A stretch of 64,000 nt of DNA from Gekko japonicus. Taxonomy: Eukaryota. This document shows, piece by piece, positions 21,679-35,431 of the stretch. Below the pieces are notes generated by a model that worked only from the letters and a program-made list of their open reading frames with translations, ran no database searches and was not told the origin of the DNA. A program made the position numbers and the translations under genes. The DNA lies in assembly GCF_001447785.1 (NCBI RefSeq), contig NW_015165305.1, forward strand, positions 274,415-338,414. The letters are read 5' to 3'. How positions within the stretch are numbered: the first letter of the stretch is position 1; each line of letters opens with the position of its first letter.

Positions 21679-24600
21679 TTCAGTTTTACTTCATTTATGC
21701 TTCCCCTTTCCCCCCCAAATTGGTTATCCAGAGCTGCAAATGTCATTCTCCACTTCTCCATTTTATCCTCACAAAAACCCTGTGTGGTAAATTGGGTTGA
21801 GTGTGTGTGACTGACCCAAGGTCACCCAGCATGTTTCCATGGCAGAGTGGGGATTTGAACCTCCCAGATCTCTGTATGACACTGACTGCTATGGCACACT
21901 GGCTGGCTTTGGCATCCTGATTATGGCACCCTTGTACAGATCACATTCACTTCAGTGGAGCTTGTGTAGAAGAATATCCAGGTGGATTCTAGCACAGTCT
22001 GGGCAAATACAGGGTTGTAGCCAACCAGCTTTTCTGCTGGTGCAAAAGGAAGAAGGGGAACATTTTGACTAGCCAAAAAGACTAGGCTGGAGAATGTGGG
22101 GCCAGAGTGGACAACCACCATGTGGAATGGTGGTGATAGTAAAGAAGGGAATTAGGACAGGATTGAGTGAAAAAGTTGTCTCAACCCAGCCCATTATCTA
22201 TTCTAGTGGTGCGTCTCTAAACAGAAGCAAATTTGGCATCCTAATTCAACTGTGTTCTGTGAATAAATAAATATTCCTCCTTGTACCTGGCTGCTTCCCA
22301 TGGCCCTGGCTTTGTTGCTGTGGAGATTGTAATTGCTGCTTGTCCCCTCTTCCTGTCAAGCCGTTGCAGCTCAACAGGTCCTGGGTCTGGAATGACTGAA
22401 GACCGCTGATGGCAGTCCTTTGACCCTACCACATTTTCCTTTCCAAATCCTAGTTTATGCCTCATCTCCTTCCTTCATTCACTATGGACTCAGCTCCCTG
22501 TTTCCTGAGCCACTTTTAACCAGCAGCTACATCAGGTATTACTTCTTTGGGAACTTGGCAGATATTTAAAAATTCAAACCTGTTTTTTAATAGAATATTT
22601 ATTGTAAGGCCCTCAGTGCCATTCATTTCAGTGTCACTTTACAGAACTGAAATCTTGCAGTGTTTTAGCAAGGCTGCAAATCACGCTTAGCTCTTCCCTG
22701 ATGCTTAACAAAAGAGCAGAAATAAAAGTTTATAAGAAGGCAAGGCTGTAACAGTCTTATGTGTGTGGAAACTGCCAAAGGAATGTCAATTTATGTCAAG
22801 CATAACTAAGTAACTAAACAATTAGTCAGGAGCTGAGTATTTTCTGTAATGGCTTAGGATCTGATAGCTGTAATATTAAAGGAAGAAGGGGGTGGAGAGG
22901 GAAGAAGAAAAGAAGCCCATTCAGCTACCCACTGTTTATGATGTTACAGATTGAAGTTAACACATTGAAAAGGCGGCGTATCCCCTGGGGGAGGGGAACA
23001 AAGCAATGATTAATCTCAGTTGCAGAAGGGAAAGCGTTTGGGATGAAGCCCATGGACTAATGGCAGCTCTTTTCCCTTTGGCAAATGGAACGTTGTGCTG
23101 GCTCGTGTAGAAGAGCCTCTTGTGTCAGCGAAGGCCCATTGCTCCAGAGGGAAGAACACCACTACCAGAATGGATCCCAGGGATTTCACCCGTAGTTGTA
23201 CGTGTGGAATGGACTGGTGTTAGTTCAACATGATGAATGAATGAGGGCTGCCACCTAGAGACCACCCCTTTACCACTCCAAATGCCATGGGAGAGGCGGC
23301 TGCTACTGCCTTTCTGTCTATTGAGGTATTAACTCACCACACCTCCAAGGTGTCTGGGGGTGACATACATGGCTTTCCATACAACAAACCTATTAGGCAG
23401 TGCCAATATGGTGCCCTAACCTGCACAACTGAGTTGGGATTTGAACCTGGAACTATAGCTTTCCAGTGCAAAAATTGGGGTGGAGATTTCTGGAGACTGG
23501 GTAAGCCAGGATGTTCTGATTCCCCTCCCACCTGAAGCCAGTGGCCAATTTTGAGGAATCCAGCTTTATTTTCTAATTACTAATGCCTGCCACAGATGGA
23601 TGGACTCTTTTTATTCCTTTGCAATTAGATTCCAATGTCTTTTGCATTCATTGTCAAGCCTTTCTATGACCACATCTATTTGAATTAATTTGTGTGTGTG
23701 TGTGTGTGTAATCGTGTAATGCTGCTTTGGAGACCATGAAGCAGAAAAGTGGCATATGAATATTTTAAGCAAGTCAGTATGCTCAGTGCTGTTGGAATCA
23801 GGTTGGCTGTATGTACTCTAATAAAGCCAGTAACAAATCGAAGAACTATCAATACCCACCTCTCTTTAGACCTCCCCGATCAACAGAACACCAGGAACTA
23901 AAGTTTCTTATTACAACATTAAACTTTAATGTGCAAACTACAAAAAATAAAGCTTTAATAAAAATATACAAAAACATAACTTTTTTCTTCTTTAAAAAAT
24001 CTAAAATGTACATACGCAGCTGTTCGCTGCAAAATCCCAAACATGCAGTTTTGGTATATCAACAGTATCACAGGGGTTAAAAACGGTAGTGTAGAAGGCC
24101 TTGGAATACTTGACACTAGAAACTTGCTTCTGACAAACATGTACCAAAAACAAAACAAAAAAACAAGCCCAAACTCTGAGGCAGGGATCTAAAAATCTAA
24201 TCTAGTGGGATTTTTGTATGTTTTCCTCCCTTTCGAATAGCAGGCCTCCTGTACCACATCACAAACAGGTTTCAAATGGTTAGACAGCAAAGGCAGCTAT
24301 TGTTTGAGAATCATGAGCCTAAAGCTCTCTTGGGGGCCAGGAACATAATGCTGTGGTTCTTCAAATCCTTGCCAGATTTTTGTAAGTAACTTTATTTAAA
24401 ATAATCCCTAAAATTATTTATAGGGGGAAAATGCCCAGTAACATTACAGGTAGGAGGATTCCTAATACAAACAACCATAATGGAAGACACCTCTTAAACT
24501 GTTCAACCTCTTATCGAGGCATTATTCAAAAAGGAGCTCAACAAAAAGGCAACAGTCAGTATAATAGTCCTTATCTACATTACAATACTTAATATGTCAT

Positions 24601-25514
24601 GCTAAAAGGGGGGGAAAACACTGTAAAGGAAGCACTGGACAAAAGGCCTCTGAGGTGTTATTCCACCATACCTTACCTGGAGTTACTCCAAGCAAATGGA
24701 ATCCTGACTACATCATCAAGTATCCAAAATAGGATTGGATGGCACAGACCCATATGTCATTTACCAGCATTCACGTAAGTTACGTTGCGCTCACAATACT
24801 GGGAGCGAACCTTACATTTTCACTGCTCACAGACAGACATAATACTTCCCATCTGATATCCTGTTATTTTTGAATGAAACCCAGTGGGTTGGATCCAGAC
24901 ATTTCCAGAGATGCAAGGATTTCTGCTCGAGGGGTATGATCTTCCCACTTCATCCCATGGCAGTCTGAAATGTCCCCTGAAATCCTGTTCCTGTCCCTTG
25001 TCCTCCAAGAACGGGGTTTCCAGGGCCATCTCAGGCTGAGGGTGGGAGAATCACGCACCATTAGCGGAAATCCTTCTCTCTGGACAGAAATCTGCCTATG
25101 GGCACATGCCATCCAATCACTTTAAACAAAAATGCTGCAACTGGAATTTTAACTAGTTCCATTCACATCTGTATGTCATGTGCATGTGACACACCAGTGA
25201 TCCTTGCCCAGACTTCTTCACAGTGGTACCAGGAGGGACATAACATTGTATTATAAATGTAGACTGGAACTTTGTTGCCCTTCTTCCCTCCCCATAGGCT
25301 TCCACAAGTACCATATGAGAAAAACAAAAACATGCAGCTCGAGAGCTGCTGGTAGCATTCAGCATCATTCCTGTGTTTAGGGCAGCTACCTTATTATTAC
25401 CAGAAGGAGGGGCTGATTTAAAAGACTGCCAACCGTCCTGGGGTTCAGAGCATTTTCTAAGTTTTTTTTCCTACATTCAAGTCAGCTACATTTCTTCCTC
25501 ACCCTACATTCAAG

Positions 25515-26005
25515 TCAGCTGAAGGCCTCCTCTCTCTCCTGCACCCGCTGCTCTACGTCATATTGTGCCCCGAGACTTTCATCACACTCACAACATCCAG
25601 TCTTTTTCTCCTGGCCCGCCTGGCCTGAATTCCGCCGTGCGTTTTTCCCACACAGTGTACAACGGCTCGGCTCCTCTCGCACATGGGTCCTCATGTGATT
25701 CACCAGGTTGAATTTGTGAAGGAACCTCTTCCCACATTCGGAACACTGGTGGGGTTTGACACCCGTGTGCACTCGCCGGTGTCTGGTGAGGGTGGACTTA
25801 CGAGAAAAGTTCTTCCCACATTCGGGGCACGGGAACAGTGCTTCCTGCTTGTGAAGGGCCTGTTTGTTCATAGACAGCAGGCCGTCGGCATTTTGGCGGG
25901 CAAATGGAGCTGGTTGAAGACCAGGGAGGAGCCGGCTCCTTTGCCTCTTTGTACTTTCCTGGACTAGAAACTCTTCCTCGTTTTTTGTTGGGGTCTCATC
26001 CTCTG
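25515..26005 (-). CDS. SCAN-ZNF gene 1, last exon with two intact C2H2 fingers
   Basis: Acceptor ttcaatcccag| (phase 1); [49 protein letters not shown], then two fingers lacking His; TGA at 25517-25515. Confidence 0.9.
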
Positions 26006-27109
26006 CTGGGATTGAAACATGGAATTTCCCATTAACCACTTTTATTTTATTTTATTTTAACAGTTTCCTTTAGCAATTAGCTGCTTTAAAACCTTCAGTC
26101 ACACAGCAAATCTGTGACAATGAAACCTCTTAATACACAAAGGGAGAGACACTAGCCCTCAAAAAGTGCTGGAAGCCACACACAACCTTATCCTTCCTAA
26201 ATATATGGACAGGAGCTGTGATTATGCCTCGGTGAAGGGCAGGCATTCTGCACGTGGTTAAGGCCTAGTTTCTCCAGCCAGTTTTGGAAGCAAAAGAAAG
26301 AAGTCCTGGATAATGCCAACAGTGAAAAACTGAGAAGTGGAACTGAAAATGATACCCAGATGAAAACAGAGATAGGAAAACTCATTTGCAGTCTCCCCCA
26401 CCCCATAGCCAGGGATGGAGGTGGATGAATGACAGATACTCTTTATGGAACTGAAGGAGAAGCACTTCTGGATGGGTCTGCAGATTCCAGTTAAGAGATG
26501 CAAACAGCATCCTCAAAGTGCAATTTCCTCCTCCACAGAAGGTCAGAGGCGGTGGTGTGACACTATGCTCATGCTTCACTAATCTTCTCATGCAGTTGAA
26601 TCATGTGGTCACTTCCAAATTCAGGAAAAAGAACTGAACTGTCCCTCCCTATTCAGAGCTCCTTGCATGTGGAGAGCAAGCACAGTAAGAAGGATCCTAG
26701 CTTAGCCTTCGGTCTGCTGTGCCAGTTCTCCATGCGTGGAGATATCAACTGGAAGAGAATTCAGTGTTCTGTTCACATTCGGCAGCAATTTTGCTGATCA
26801 CATGGTTTGCCTTTTATTAAAATCTTGTGCAGTCATGCTAATAAGGCCCGACTTAAATGCAACACAGCCAACATCTCACGTAAACTGAGCTGCTGTGCAT
26901 GCAGAACAGCCACATGTGCAATGGTAGCCAGATAACACAATACCCACCCAGACTAGGGATCTCTGGTATGCCAGCATTACATGTGTAGCAGCTGAGTGGC
27001 CATATTAAATGAGATGCTGGACATGTGAAAAAGTTGCAAAGTTAAGTCCTCTTGGCCTGCCAGTGTCACATTTAAAACACACCTCATCATTGGAAGAATG
27101 TCAGGGCAA

Positions 27110-27400
27110 CCACACTCCTTCAGACCAATGTTCCGTCTAGTCCACCATCCTTTTCACTGTGGCCACACAAATGCCTCCGGAAGGCTTACTAGCAGAGCAT
27201 CCAGCCTGTTGCTACCCCCTTTTTCTGCCCACCATTCTTAAGGTTACTGTTTCTAAACATGAAGGTTCAATTTAGTCACAGTGGCTAATATCCCTAATGC
27301 TGTACCCATTTATTCCATTTGTTTGTCTAATCTCCTTTTAAAACAACCTAAACTAGTAGCCTATGGTTGTGACTTCCATAAGTTAGTTATTCATGGAATG
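27110..27400 (-). mobile_element. Old CR1 3' end fragment
   Basis: tcagaccaatgttccgtctagtcca...gtggctaata...gtctaatctccttttaaa; same family as 55850 and 62355. Confidence 0.65.
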
Positions 27401-27456
27401 AAGTCATATTCCATGCAATAAAGTCCCATTCCTGTTAAAGTCCTATTCCTATAAAG

Positions 27457-27552
27457 TCCTGTTGTGGGGAGGGGAAGGGAAAGGAGTTTGTAAGCCGCTC
27501 TAAGACTCCTTTGGGTAGTGAAGGGCGGGGTATAAATCCAATCTCTTCTTCT
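27457..27552 (+). mobile_element. Squam3-like SINE 3' fragment
   Basis: ctgttgtggggaggggaagggaaaggag...gggtataaatccaatctcttctt. Confidence 0.85.
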
Positions 27553-27791
27553 TATTATTCCATTTTTGTCTGTCATTAATCATCTGGCCTGCGCTGGATG
27601 TCCCTGAGCTTTAGTACTCTGGGAGAAGTAGAAGAAGTTTCCTCTACTCACTTTCTCTACCCCATCAATAATTTGAGAGACTTCTGTCATTTAGCCTGTT
27701 AGTTCTCTTCTCTCTACACTGACAAGTCCCCAGACAGTGATATGACTTGTAGAGCTATTACCCTGTCTGCACAGGACACATGAATCCTTAC

Positions 27792-27921
27792 CCAGGGAGT
27801 TGGGGTTCTCGTTAACCTCTTCTTTGGCCTCTCTGCAGAGTGTCATCTGCCTGGAGTCCAACGTCATTTGTTCTGTTTCTGGAAAACTGACAGCCTCCTC
27901 AAGCACATATGGCCCCAGCAC
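27792..27921 (-). CDS. SCAN-ZNF gene 1, degenerate KRAB-A-like exon
   Basis: atttcag|GTG...CTG G|gtaag; 130 nt, phase 0-1. EEAVSFPETEQMTLDSRQMTLCREAKEEVNENPNSL follows KRAB-A spacing. Confidence 0.85.
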
Positions 27922-28309
27922 CTGAAATATTAGCAAAGTATTCAATTCAAGGTTAAGGTCCAGAGTGGGGGAAGGTATCTTCAGATAAGACCAACCAGCT
28001 TGTCTGTGCATTAAAAAAAAGGGGGGGGGGTCCCCTCTGGATCAACTTCTGGATCATGGGACCTGAATATACCAAAACCAAGTGGAACAAGGGTTACAGT
28101 AAGGAAGGGAATTGGGGGAGATTGACTAAAAAAGCTAGCTGGATCCAACACAAAGAAGAGCTGTAGATAGGTAGAGATAAGAGAACATGAAACAGAACTA
28201 TTCTCCTAAAAAAGAAATAGTTAAGGATTCTTGTACAGCAGTCTCAGATCAATACATAAACATTATTCAAATGCAACTGTATCCGTCTTTACAGAAAATA
28301 GCATTAAGA

Positions 28310-28600
28310 AAATACAGTCGCACCTTTTAGATTAACTCATTTTATTTACAGAACATGAGTTTTTGTAGTAATTGTCTACTTTATCAGATGCTAGTGGGAC
28401 TGTGAGCAGCAAGCCCAGGAAATCAGGTGGTCGAATGCTTGCACAAGAACTCTTAAAAGGGACTTAAGACTTCTTGATAAATATTCCATCAGCTGACAGC
28501 TTGTAGCTCAAAGTCCCTATAGAACTGATGAAGTAGGCAATGCCATATAAAAGCCCTTGTAAATAAAATATTACTTAACCTAAAAGGTATGAATAGATTT
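28310..28600. mobile_element. Old Penelope-type inverted (hairpin) remnant
   Basis: gcaccttttagattaactcattttattt...ctgatgaagtagg...aaataaaatattacttaacctaaaaggt; same layout as 61321-61520. Confidence 0.55.
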
Positions 28601-28609
28601 TATTTTAAT

Positions 28610-29215
28610 ATATTTTTTATTTTTCACTGACAAAACAAACAAAAAGAAAAAGAGCAGAAACAAACTCTACATTACTACATTTTCACATGAGCAGTGTTTG
28701 GTGAACAAAAACATGAATATAAATAGGAAGACAGACCATTATTCATACTCATCTGTATTGTCTATAATATTACAACTAGCTGCATTTTTCTGTCAAAATT
28801 ATCAAACATACCTTACTTTATTACATACAAATCACTTACATACTTTTAATTTGTGTTCTATCATTTTTTCATGCCTTCATTTCTGATATTTTATCACTAT
28901 AAACATATATTGCTTAGTTCTACCTCTTAAACATTCCGCACTTGCATTGTTCAACTCTTGTCTTAATCCTTAAACTGTTCAACCCTGGTTTTGATCTATA
29001 TAGTCAAGAATGCGTTCCATTTCCCTTGAAATTCTGAATCTGGTCTATTGTGCAAGCAGGATGTTAGCTTTGCAACTAGATTTTCTTTATATGTAAAGAG
29101 AGAGGTACGAAAACAACATGTCTCGTCAAAGCTCCCACAATTGGGGTGGGCAATGAAGAGAAGCTCAGGTATGTTGAATTTTGCCAGTATTTTATCCGGC
29201 CATTCTCCCAAGTGG
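28610..29215 (-). mobile_element. L1 3' end (ORF2 C-terminus, 3' UTR, A-rich tail)
   Basis: KYWQN and AKLTSCLHNRPDSEFQGKWNAFL resemble the reptile L1 ORF2 C-terminus; AATAAA and A-run at about 28615 on minus. Confidence 0.65.
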
Positions 29216-30052
29216 ATCAGGGAAGAGTTCACAGTTCTCCTTAGAACAATCCCACCAAGTGGGGAGGCTGAGAGAGAATGAGCGGCCCAGGGTGACCCAG
29301 CTGAGCTTCCTGGTTGAGAGGGGATTTGAACAGAGGTCTCTGCAGTCCTAGGTCATAGAGAGTCTAGGAAAATGTTATGAAGCTTCTGGCATGGCTACAA
29401 TGCAAGACAAGTGGGCTGTGTTGAACCTAGTTGTGCAAGAGAATGAAAAGCACTGAGGACTTTTTTTGGCCTGATCCACAGATCAAAACTGGCCAGCTTG
29501 CCTCACCTTGGCAGCTAGGGTTAAGAATGTCCTGCTGTAGCATTAAAATCTGGAGCTACTTTTAGTAATGGATCAGTATCTGCACATATTTGTTCTGCTG
29601 TATGAAGATCAAGGCTACAGGTCTCGGGCTCTGGGTAACAGTCCCAGTTTCAGCTTCTAGGTTCTTCAGAGGTAAGCAAAGAGATCTCTACCCATCAAGC
29701 TCGAAAGCCATTTCCAGGAGAGAGACTATCTGGCCAGACTCGAGTTTACTCAGCTGAAGGGGTGACAGAAGCGGGATGAGGAAGGGGGATTACTAGGCTT
29801 CTGGCAGGCCACTGGTGGGCTGCATTCAGCCCAGCAGGCCTCAGATTGTGTGGGCTGAGTTGTGGCTACACCTTCACAAGGGCCCTGCAGGAAAGCACAC
29901 TTTACTTCTGTACTGTTCACATCAATTTTAAGAAAACACCAGGTTAAGTCCAACCAGCTTTTCTGCAGGTGAAAAAGGGGCACAGCAAATGCTTGTACTA
30001 CACAGCTGTGCAGCTTCCTAGGCTTCTGGCTACCTGAATAAAAGGTACTCAC

Positions 30053-30883
30053 CTGCTGATCCCACCTCTCCCCCTCTCGTTGCTTCAATAGATAATGCTC
30101 TGCCAGAGCCACTGCCTGGATACAGGTCTTGGGGCGATACTCCTGAACCCAGTCTTGCATTTCCTCCGGCAGGACAGTCAAGAACTGCTCCAGGATCAGG
30201 AGCTCCAGGATCTGGTCCTTGGTGCGGCTGTCGGGCTCCAACCAGCGATGGCAGAGCCCCCGTAACCGACTACAGGCCTCACGAGGCCCCTCAGCCTCCT
30301 GGTAGCGGAAGTGCCTGAAGTTCTGACGTTGCCTTTCGAGGCTGGCAGCATCTTCTCGCAAAATGGCAGCTTTCACCCTGCCATAATCTCCGCTTTCCCT
30401 GGGATCCAAGCTATTGTAGGCTTGGAGTGCAGCTCCGTTGAGGGCTGGGACAAGCCGGGTGACCCACTGTTCCCTTGGCCATTTGCAGGCATCGGCCACA
30501 TGTTCAAAGGTAGCCAAGTAGGTTTCAACGTCTTCTGTTGGCGTGAGTTCTGGCACTTGGAGGTTCCGCCATGCAGGTGATTGGACTGGTGTAAGGTCAG
30601 GTGTTGGCAATTCCTGGCCCTGGATTTCCCAGCGATGCGGAGCTTCCTGTCGCTCATTTCTAGCCTGCTGAGGTGTCAACAGTTTTAGGCCTCCCCCAGT
30701 CGTCCCAACCTGCACAATACGAAAGGTTTTGACTGAACCCTCTGATACCCCCAGTGGATCAGACCCTGTTGGGTCTGACTCCTTCTCCATTTTCACCAAA
30801 GGCTGGACTCTTTGCTCTAATGGTGCTTGACACTGGAAATACTGGGCCACCATGTTTCGCTTTGCTGTAATTTTTCTCCTCAT
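30053..30883 (-). CDS. SCAN-ZNF gene 1, first coding exon with extended SCAN domain
   Basis: [31 protein letters not shown]...[10 protein letters not shown]...[17 protein letters not shown]...[16 protein letters not shown]; donor CAG|gtgag. The spliced product is about 483 aa; the start could also be the ATG 10 codons later. Confidence 0.93.
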
Positions 30884-33234
30884 TCTCGGTGCTGACCTTC
30901 CACTGGCCTTGTGTAGTCTACCTCTAGAGCAGATGGATTTCCACTGACCAGTTTGGCAATGGAAGAGTCCTGATTAGGTCTGGACACCAACCTGGAATAG
31001 CAATAGTCATAGAACAAATATTAAACATGAAAGCAGCCATTAAAATTCCGATTTCAGTGACATCAGTAACCAGGATGCAGCTGTTTAGAGACAGGAAGGA
31101 GCTTAAACCCTTACCACGGTACCCACATGAGGCAAATCTCTCCAGCTTATAAATATGGGCCTCAGCAAAGAAAATTCTGCATTCTAGGTACATCACTCTC
31201 TTTTGAAAATATTTGTAATTTGTTTTTTAAAAGGCCTGTCTTTTGAATCATCCCATGTTAACAAGTTGGGTTGTTTAAACTCGTGACTGACTAGAAAGAA
31301 GAGACCTGTAGCACAAACTGGCTGACTTAGAGGGACTAAACCAGGCCTTTCTCTATTACAGTGCCACCTTAAGCAGAGTGACAGCTGTCTAAGTTCATTG
31401 TTTTATTGGACTTAGAAGGATGCAACTCTGCATTGTAAAACTGCATGTTTACAGGAGTAAGTCCTATGGAACTCAGTGGAATTTACTTTTGTGTAATGTC
31501 AAACTTTATTCTAAAGTATAAAAAAAATTATCTTCCAACTGTATAAGACTGAGCTGTCTGTATACAAAAAAATTCTGTGAAAAGAGAAATTATACAACTT
31601 GGTTCAGTTTGGTGAAACCTAGCCAGTCTTGGAATGCTATGTCACAGGATATCTGTTTCTCCTCCTACTGCTGAGTCATTGATTTCTCCTCTCTCCTCAA
31701 CACAGTGCCATAAAATATGGTGTGGTAATGGACAAGAGACCAGATTAGTTATGACAAAAGATTCCTATCAACAGTCTTATGACATAAACTGAGACACAGC
31801 CTTGGAGATATGCACATTTGAGTGACACAGTGGGTGTTTGCTTAGCCTTATCCCCACAGGTTACCTTCCCAATTAAAAAAAGCACCCTCCCCAGACTGCT
31901 TTTTACCCACAGGGAAAAGCTACAAGCAAGAAAAGTGGAAGTTGTACAGGGATTTGGATAAGAAAAATGCGCCCCTTCAGCACCAATCAAATCTGCACAC
32001 ACACCCCATTCCAGTGAAAACAAACTAATAAATACCAATCAGGTTTAGAGACTAATTTGATCCATAGCACTTTTAAAAATGTTGTGACTATGTGTCAGTT
32101 GCTTTGTGTATGTAAATAAAAAGCCAGCCTCCCTACTCAAGCAAAGTCACTTTCAGTTGTCTGCCTTGCTACAAGGTACATGCAAATGAAGATATCCAAA
32201 TGTTCATGTTACAGTGAATGCATGTATAACCTACATGTATGTGTGTACATCTCTCTTTAATACAATACATTTTCACTTAATGAATGACAGAAGGAACCAG
32301 AACAAATGTGGGGATGGTACCAGGAGTTCAGCTGTACGTGTGTTGAATGCAACATGACAATTACTCAACATGCATGTAAAGGAAAATCAAGTGTATGCCA
32401 TACATGGATTATATGTGCATTTGTGCATTCACTGTAATTTGTGAAAGGGGCTGTGGTCACTTGGAAAATCCATTTTATCAGGGTGGGTGCACTGAGCCAG
32501 TTTTCTGCTCCAAATTGTTCACTTCCCCCATGTGGCATTCCAAATACAAAAAAGGTTAGGACTTTGAGCAGAAAAGTAGTAATTATGGAAAAGTTTAAGC
32601 ATCTTCGCTGTACTCCTTCAATTTTTTCACTCATTCACCAGAAAGAGAAAATAAAACCCACACCCAAGGAGGGTCAGTTGTACTTGTTCATAGATAACAA
32701 GTAACTACACCCACATAGTTAGGCCCTCATTAGGAACTGAAAAAAACCCACACGGCCTGACAGCCTGGCTGTGTGGGAGATGGCCATGTTCTGGAGGGCA
32801 TGTAGTATTTTGCTATGGGAGGTGGAACGTGCAGCCAAAATGGGATGGAAGTAAAACAAGGTAAGTCACAAAATAGGAATGCTGTCGCTAAGAGGCAGCC
32901 TTAGAGGAGCACTTATGTGCTGGTATACCTCAGTGGGGAGCTCAGCCTGCAACCCCCCCCCCCCAAACCTGAAGTAGTTTGCCACAGGCATGTAAGTGGG
33001 TAATACAGAAGAAAAGTTGCATGGCCCTGGGCTCAGTCTCATCACAAGCCATATCCAGCCTGTAACATTCTTACAACCTTGTGGCACAAAGCAATCCCAA
33101 TAAGCAACAAACCTGCCATCATCTGGAGTGGGAGAAGAAACCGCCTTTTCCCAGGGGCAAAATATTGCCATCCAATGCTGGGAAAATGCAATACCCTTGG
33201 AACACAAGAGCTGCCTTGGGAGACAATGCATAGA

Positions 33235-33920
33235 CCTCTGTGCCCAGCTGTGTGAAGTTCTGGCCATCATATCTCAAAGAGGACATGGCAGAGCAGGGGA
33301 AAGTGCAGAAGAGAGCAGCTAAGATGATTAGGGGAGTGGAGTCGCTTTCCTATGAGGAAAGACTGGAGAGACTGGGACTTTTCAGTCCAGGAAAAAGGCA
33401 GCTAAGGGGAAGTGAGGAAAGACTGGAGAGACTGGGACTTTCCAGTCCAGGAAAAAGACAGCTAAGGGGAAACATTCCAACTTTATAAAATTATGCAGGG
33501 GGTAGAGAAAGTGCATAGAGGGGAGCTTTTCCTCCATTTCCCACAACACTAGAATTCAGGGGCACCAAATGAAATTGCTGAGCCACAGGTTCAGGCCAGG
33601 CAAAAGGAAACCTTTCTTTACCTAATGAATAATGTGGAATTCACCGCCAGTGGAGGTAGTGACGGCCTCAAGGGGCTTAGACAGATTCATAAATGAGAGG
33701 CCCATCAATGGCTACAAAGCCATAGTGACTGAAGAAAACCTCCATAGGCAGAGGCAGGAAACCTCTGAATACCAGTTCTGGGAGGCAGCAGCAGGCAAGG
33801 ACTTTGGCTTCTATGCACTGTTTGTCTGGACCTTCAGGGCAACGGCTTGGCTGCTGTATGAAACAGTATGCTGGACTAGACGGATCACTGGTCTGATCCA
33901 GCAGGCTCTTCTCATGTTCT
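33235..33920 (+). mobile_element. CR1 3' portion with an internal ~60-bp tandem duplication
   Basis: KVQKRAAKMIRGVESLSYEERLERLGLFS motif; duplicated segment at about 33353-33471; tail ttctcatgttctt. Confidence 0.9.
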
Positions 33921-34504
33921 TAATACATTTGTATTTGCAGAATGGCCCCAGCATAGCTTGGAGCAAAGGATGGCCAGATGTAGAGAAACCAAAAGAAAGC
34001 AGCAGTAAATGGAACAGAGCACAGAAGAAGTACAAAGTACAGAGAAAGTACCTCAAGTCAGGAGCCTGTCAATTTGGGCTCAAAATGCTGAGTGAAGAGA
34101 CAATTCCTTCAGGAGTCCGAAGTGTGGTACTGAAGAGACTGACCTTTCTGAAGGAACTCGTTTGTTTACTTCTTGAAGGAATGGTCTCAGGCCTCAAAAC
34201 ATTTTGGGCCTGGCCCTTGGGCATCTTCGAGGCCTCCTCATGCCTTTGTTTTCAGATGGAAAGGAAGATTTTGTACCTTTAGGAACTGTTAAAGAGGGAA
34301 ACCTAGCAAGTAGAGCTTTGCTCACCCCTGTGTGAAAAGCTACATCAGCTACACTTCCTCAGCTACACCTGCTACATTTCCTCTTCCCTCAGTTTCTAAA
34401 CCCTGCTTGGGAAGACTGACAAGATGAGAGTTTTTTAGTCCACAAAACAATCTCACCTAGTCCCCCTCCTTACTACAGCTTCTGTCTCACATGGCTTTTA
34501 TCTA

Positions 34505-34642
34505 CCCTGTTTCCCCAAAAATAAGACCTACCCCAAAAATAAGCCCTAGCAGGATTTCTATGCATTTGTGGTATAAGCCCTAGTGTGTCTTCTTGGGGAA
34601 AAAAAATATATAAGACAGTGTCTTATTTTTGGGGAAACACGG
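34505..34642. mobile_element. Tc2/pogo-like MITE, copy 2
   Basis: Inverted copy of 10133-10268 with TA TSD, nested in a ~180-bp MITE. Confidence 0.88.
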
Positions 34643-35256
34643 TATGCAGGTCCCATAATCCCTAGGATAGCCTTTTGGGGCTGTATTTTTCACCAGCCAA
34701 AAACCTGGATGCTCTTAATCATGATATCCAGTATTTCCAACCCACACCCACCACTCAAATGCATTGGCTGGATATTACAAACATGGTACCTGGTAGGGCT
34801 CCCCCCACCCCAGACGTACTGTGGCCATAGTTAGGGTTTCTGCATAGGTCTCTGCACCATGCACCGTGTAAGCCGCTCAGAGCCCTTTGGGGGTGAGAGG
34901 GGTATAAATTGAAAGTATATATATATATATATCACAGGAGGACACAACTGCTTTGAGTGACTGTGGAAAAAAAGTCAGAAAACCAGGGACCTCATGCAGT
35001 GTAAAGTAACACAGAACTGCTTCATGCCCTCCCCAAACGCTGCGTTCTTCAGCCTCCGCTCCCCAAATCTCCAGGTATTTCCCAACCTGGAGTTGGCAAC
35101 CCTACATGGAACGGACCATACTACACTCATAAGCAGGGCTACTTAAAATGCGGGCTATAAATAAAGTAAATACAGCAGCCTGAAACATAGAAATCAAGCA
35201 GCTCGAGCTTCTCCCACTGCTTATCCCCATGCCAGGGAAAGTACTAACTGTTACAT

Positions 35257-35431
35257 TAAAGGTAAAGGTAAAGGTTTCTGTTGCTCGAAAGCCAGTCAAG
35301 TCTGACTCTAGGGTCGCGGTGCTCATCTCCGTTTCCAAGCCGAAGAGCCAGCGCTGTCCGAAGGCGTTTCCGTGGTCATGTGGCCGGCATGACTAAACGC
35401 CAAGGCGCACGGAACGCTGTTACCTTCTCAC
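35257..35431 (-). mobile_element. Sauria SINE, 5'-truncated
   Basis: (AAAGGT)3 tail; flanked by TSD ctgttaca. Confidence 0.9.

Noticed and set aside
29750-30052. C-terminal 100 aa of the 377-aa SCAN ORF
   Set aside because: Read-through past a consensus donor (CAG|gtgag) into the intron.
33632-34282. 216-aa ORF
   Set aside because: It starts in a CR1 tail and runs into unique sequence with no domain. The 34050-34287 part could be a minus-strand 5' UTR exon of gene 1, but this is unsupported.
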